A stretch of 64,000 nt of DNA, taken from the NCBI GenBank assembly GCA_016906335.1, contig JADEYG010000001.1, positions 1,612,001 to 1,676,000 of the forward strand, written 5' to 3'. The position numbers were made by a program, and so were the translations under genes. This document shows, piece by piece, positions 60,347 to 64,000 of the stretch. This stretch comes from Novakomyces olei. Lineage: Eukaryota. How positions within the stretch are numbered: the first letter of the stretch is position 1; each line of letters begins with the position of its first letter. Under the pieces are notes generated by a model that was not told the DNA's origin, searched no databases, and saw only the letters and a program-made list of their open reading frames with translations.

Positions 60347-60421
60347 GTTAGGGTTAGTCAGAGTCTGCAGTCTTCCATATTTAAGGGTTAGTTAGGGTTA
60401 GTTTAACGCAAGTCAGGGTTT
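60347..60421. promoter_or_regulatory. Telobox cluster upstream of the MDR oxidoreductase
   Basis: GTTAGGGTTAGTCA, TAAGGGTTAGTTAGGGTTAG and AGTCAGGGTTT. Confidence 0.55.
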
Positions 60422-60756
60422 ACGTGCACTGTTATGTGGTACAAATATAAGCGTACTACTTAATCTCTGCATTAGCTCATTACCAATCCCCGCACGCGAC
60501 TTGCGGAGAAGTGCAGTAAGGCGAGGCCGCTGTTCCACTCCGTACTCGGTCAAATAATTCTGTTTTTCTCACTGAAAATCTATACCAATCGACACGCTGG
60601 CTTTTGAAGGCTCTTTCATTGCTTATTGCTAGGCGTTAAAAGTTTGTGGCGCCCTCTATACATTGTGCCTGTCACGGTCTTTTGACGAAAGGCTGAGAAT
60701 AACTTTTAAGCACCTGATTGTTTGGACGGCAATACTCTTTGAAAACGTACGTCTGA

Positions 60757-62031
60757 ATGGGCCATACAACATTACCAGCGCGATTTCCTGCGCTGGTTAT
60801 GGCGCGTGCCCTGGACCCGGCGGTAAAGTACCATCCCACGAAACTGGCCTTGGCCGAAATGCCAGAAATCATTGGCGCCGATGACGTGGTCGTAAAAATA
60901 AGCGCTGCCGCTCTTAACCATCGTGACGTGTTTATTCGCCAGCTCGCTTACCCGGGAGCTATGGAGAATGTGCCCTTGGGCTCGGATGGTGAGACCACAA
61001 AAATGATGATTACAGTATACGTTTATATTTCTGAATTTCGCCATTTTGTGACTTGATAACTACATTTTGAAATCCTTGGAGGCCTATTGAAGTCTTGTGT
61101 TCTTTTTTGTTTTTGATTTTTGTTTTGCTTTTGTTTTCCAAGTCTAACGTCAGGCGTCGGCCGGGTCGTATGGACGGGAGAAGCGGCAACTAAATGGCTC
61201 GATAAACTTGTCCTTGTTCGGCCAAGTATCGGTTGGAGCAGCGATAAAAAAGGACCAGAAAACCCTGCTGATTTTGCCATACTTGGGGGTACAAAGCAGT
61301 ATCAGCAGGGCACTTTTGCTCAGTATATTCATGTCCCAGCTGACCAGGTGGTTGCCTGCCCGCCCCATTTGAGTACAAATGAGGCAGCTGCGCTGCCCTT
61401 GTGCGGTGTTACTGCGTACCGCGCCCTTTTCACAAAGGGACTAGTAGCCCGTGGTGACAATGTTCTTGTTACTGGAGCTGGAGGCGGCGCTGCTAATATT
61501 GCAATCCAATTTGCTCTGGCAGCCGGGTGCAATGTTTTTTCTACAACTGGTAGTGAAGAAAAAATAAAACTTGCACAGGCGATGGGCTGCCGTGCTGTTG
61601 TGTCTTATCGTGATAGCGATTGGGGAAAGCAGTTAGCACGGCATTTACCGGCTCATAGGTCTTATTTTGATGCGGTCATTGACTCGGCCGGTGGAGAAGT
61701 ACTTGCGCAGACTTGCCGATTCTTGAAGGAAGGGGCACGCATAGTCGTTTACGGAATGACAGCAGTCCCCAAGATTGAATTCACTATGCACGCGGTACTC
61801 CGAAATATCGAACTGGTGGGGACCAAAATGGGGTCAGATCTGGAATTCGACGAAATGCTGGAATTTGTGAAGCAACATCAGATACGGCCAATAGTTTCGC
61901 GGACCGTTGATGGACTCAAAAAGGCAGAATCGTTGTTTGAAGTAATGAAGCAAGGCACTGACGTATGGGGCAAACTCGTAGTCGTTATTGATCAAGAGCA
62001 GCAACGAAACGACGACGACTCGAGGCTGTAA
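60757..62031 (+). CDS. Medium-chain dehydrogenase/reductase (quinone oxidoreductase-like) with PTS1, 2 exons
   Basis: AAALNHRD, LGSDG|, GTFAQY, AAALPL.GVTAYRAL, LVTGAGGG and C-terminal SRL*. Confidence 0.9.
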
Positions 62032-62041
62032 ATAAACAAAC

Positions 62042-62073
<32 letters not shown>

Positions 62074-62092
62074 AATTAATTAATTAATTAAA
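62030..62092. repeat. (AAAT)n/(TAAT)n microsatellite between convergent genes
   Basis: Read directly from the sequence. Confidence 0.85.
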
Positions 62093-62239
62093 TGCCTTCT
62101 CCATATACGGCGTATACTTCTATCAATCACTCCTCTTTAGGTACTAATATTCTCGCTCAACATGTAACATTAGTGAACTACGTATTTTAATCTTCATACA
62201 CATAAAACTACATTAAATACTCATAATCCGTTTAGAAAT

Positions 62240-64000
62240 TCAAAGCTCAATCAGTGACTCCTCGGCTACTGGTTGCTGAGAAGCTTTGCTATATGTTTGA
62301 GGTATAACAGGTTGCGGCTCCGGCTGAGCATTAACAGGATAGTGACCATTATTACGCTCAGAATTTCCAGCCGTATTATAATACGGGTTGCTTCTCTCTG
62401 TATAATAATAAGAAGAGGGCGGCGGATGCGATTCACCGCCTGTAAACTGTGGAGCCGGAGGCTCCACTGAGGCCGGTGGAAGCGATCCCCGACCATAAAA
62501 TCCGGGATCTCCTTTAGCAGGCCCACCATATAAAGGCAATTGTTCCCCAAAATTTGGAACCCGTCCTGATACATCCGCACTATAGCTGAATTCATTCTGA
62601 GGCGGCTGCTGTTGCGAAAAGGCTGGAGCGGAAAAGTTCTCGGTTCTTCGAGCGTAAGCAGATGATAAACGTTCTTCTAACAACGCATCATAGTACCGAA
62701 TAGCCGTCCCAATTTTTGCATGCATGTCCGCCAATTTGTCTAAAAGTCAGATTGAGTTTTACACTAATATTAAAGGTAAAGCCTGCAAATACACAGAAAT
62801 GTAAATGGACTTCAAAAGTGTGTATTCAATTTGATAAAACAATAAATGTTTAACATTTCATGTGGATCTCCAACATACCGTATCGTGACATTGATTCACC
62901 AAGGCTTCGCATCAGACGTGGCCGTATTGCGCCCACTGTTTCGTAGAGTTCCTGCACCTTTGGCTCGCGTAAAATAGAGCCAGTCGGGGCTGACTTGAGT
63001 CTTTCAATTTGTGAAGCAAATAAATTAATGTTTTCCGCGTCTTGAGAAGGAAGCTCTGCATTGTCGTAAGCATTTAGAGAGTCGCTCATAGCGGCACTGG
63101 TCACTGGCTGTGTAGATAATGAGGGTCCCAAATCTTGAGCACGAGCATCAGCTAAACTTGCTTCAATAGCTGCTCGTAATTCTGCATCCTCTTTGTCTTC
63201 TTGTTCCTGCTGAGACTGTGCAGACAGACCCGCATCAGGTCTTGCTGCCTGTCTTTGTGAGTCTTGAAGAGAGAGTTCAAGTGCCCGTCGTAAATCATCG
63301 TCTTCCTGACCCGCAGGTTGCTCCAGAGCAGTCCGCGGTAAGGCTTTTGCTGCGCTTGCTGGAGACTCTAGAGCACCAGAAGGCTTGCGTCTTGCTTGAA
63401 TTTTGGCATAGCATCCGTCACAAACTCGTACAGGTGTAGTAATGCCCAAATGATGAAGCTCCAGTGTCTTGGAAGAACAGGCTTGATCAAACGTGTTACC
63501 GCAATTACGGCAATGGTGTTTCCTATTGGTAAAGGAGAATGGTGTACGGCAGCGCATACAAACATCCGAGTCACCCCACTCGGGAGGCTTTAAAAACAGT
63601 TAGCTTTATTCAGGGCCTCAAATATAAATATGCGTACCGCAGTAGAATCGATAAAGCTCAAAGGTATCTCTTCCGGAGGAGGGAACTCCAGTCCTTCCAG
63701 TTTTAGCTCGTTATACACTTGACTCGCATATTGAAACTGTGGCTTTGCTTTTGCCGCAAGCGCAAACATTTGTATGACGCGTAAGAGCGCCGTCTTCACA
63801 TCGAAATTCGACTTTTATGATTTTAGTATAATATTCGATTACGTTCTTGCTTTCGCTTTTGCAAACATGATGCCTTACACTCTGTCGATACAAGGATACG
63901 AGATCGTCGATAAACTCGCGCGATCCAATCTCCGCGAGAAAATGATCACCTCCATTTTTAAAGCAGGCCTCTACAAGTTTGAGTGCGGATATCTGTACAT
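62240..64000 (-). CDS. VPS27: ESCRT-0 subunit Vps27/Hrs, 5' partial, multi-exon
   Basis: VHS end ([15 protein letters not shown]), FYVE (CMRC..F...[15 protein letters not shown]), two UIMs ([21 protein letters not shown]), a GAT-like segment and terminal clathrin box LIEL. Confidence 0.95.

Noticed and set aside
9967-60421. TTAGGG clusters as true telomeres or chromosome-fusion scars
   Set aside because: There are only 2-3 units each, in both orientations, and upstream of genes; transcription-factor sites explain them better.
61004-61034. Intronic C/D snoRNA (ATGATGA..CTGA) in the MDR intron
   Set aside because: The boxes are only about 20 nt apart, there is no terminal stem, and no rRNA complementarity was recognised.
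1-64000. Alternative yeast genetic code (CUG=Ser/Ala)
   Set aside because: CTG sits at conserved Leu positions, e.g. FTHFS PGLP and TCP1 KILV.
1-64000. tRNA, rRNA or transposable elements
   Set aside because: No cloverleaf with A/B boxes, rRNA motif, LTR/TIR pair or transposase/RT ORF was recognised by eye. tRNAscan-SE and RepeatModeler would be needed to exclude them formally.

Overview
This is gene-dense DNA from an intron-rich ascomycete yeast-like fungus (Taphrinomycotina or early-diverging Saccharomycotina is my inference). It uses the standard code, GT..CTRAY..(Y/A)AG introns, and encodes a complex I subunit. About 37 protein-coding genes can be supported, mostly housekeeping. They include FTHFS, MRX11, a PhyH dioxygenase, a METTL4-like methyltransferase, RPR2, RQT4, VMA9, COX10, JIP5, GID7, REV7, SAL1, cyclin C, KEL3, COQ6, SRV2, TCP1, ProRS, Tos4-like, Rad26-like, agmatinase, ALG3, NCA2, SEC4, SSE1 and VPS27. 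Several multi-exon genes are absent or fragmented in the ORF track and were spliced by hand. A U5 snRNA gene lies on the minus strand at about 21030-21140. The most interesting observation is an ORF-less, heavily base-paired ~0.8 kb minus-strand locus (about 28430-29330) with the architecture of a fungal telomerase RNA: a telomere-like template next to a boundary hairpin, 5'/3' terminal helices, an Sm-like site and a terminal intron. Promoters across the window repeatedly carry telomere-like TTAGGG boxes, often doubled with 10-bp periodicity. No tRNA, rRNA, transposon or CRISPR was seen. Protein identities come from motif recognition, not database searches.
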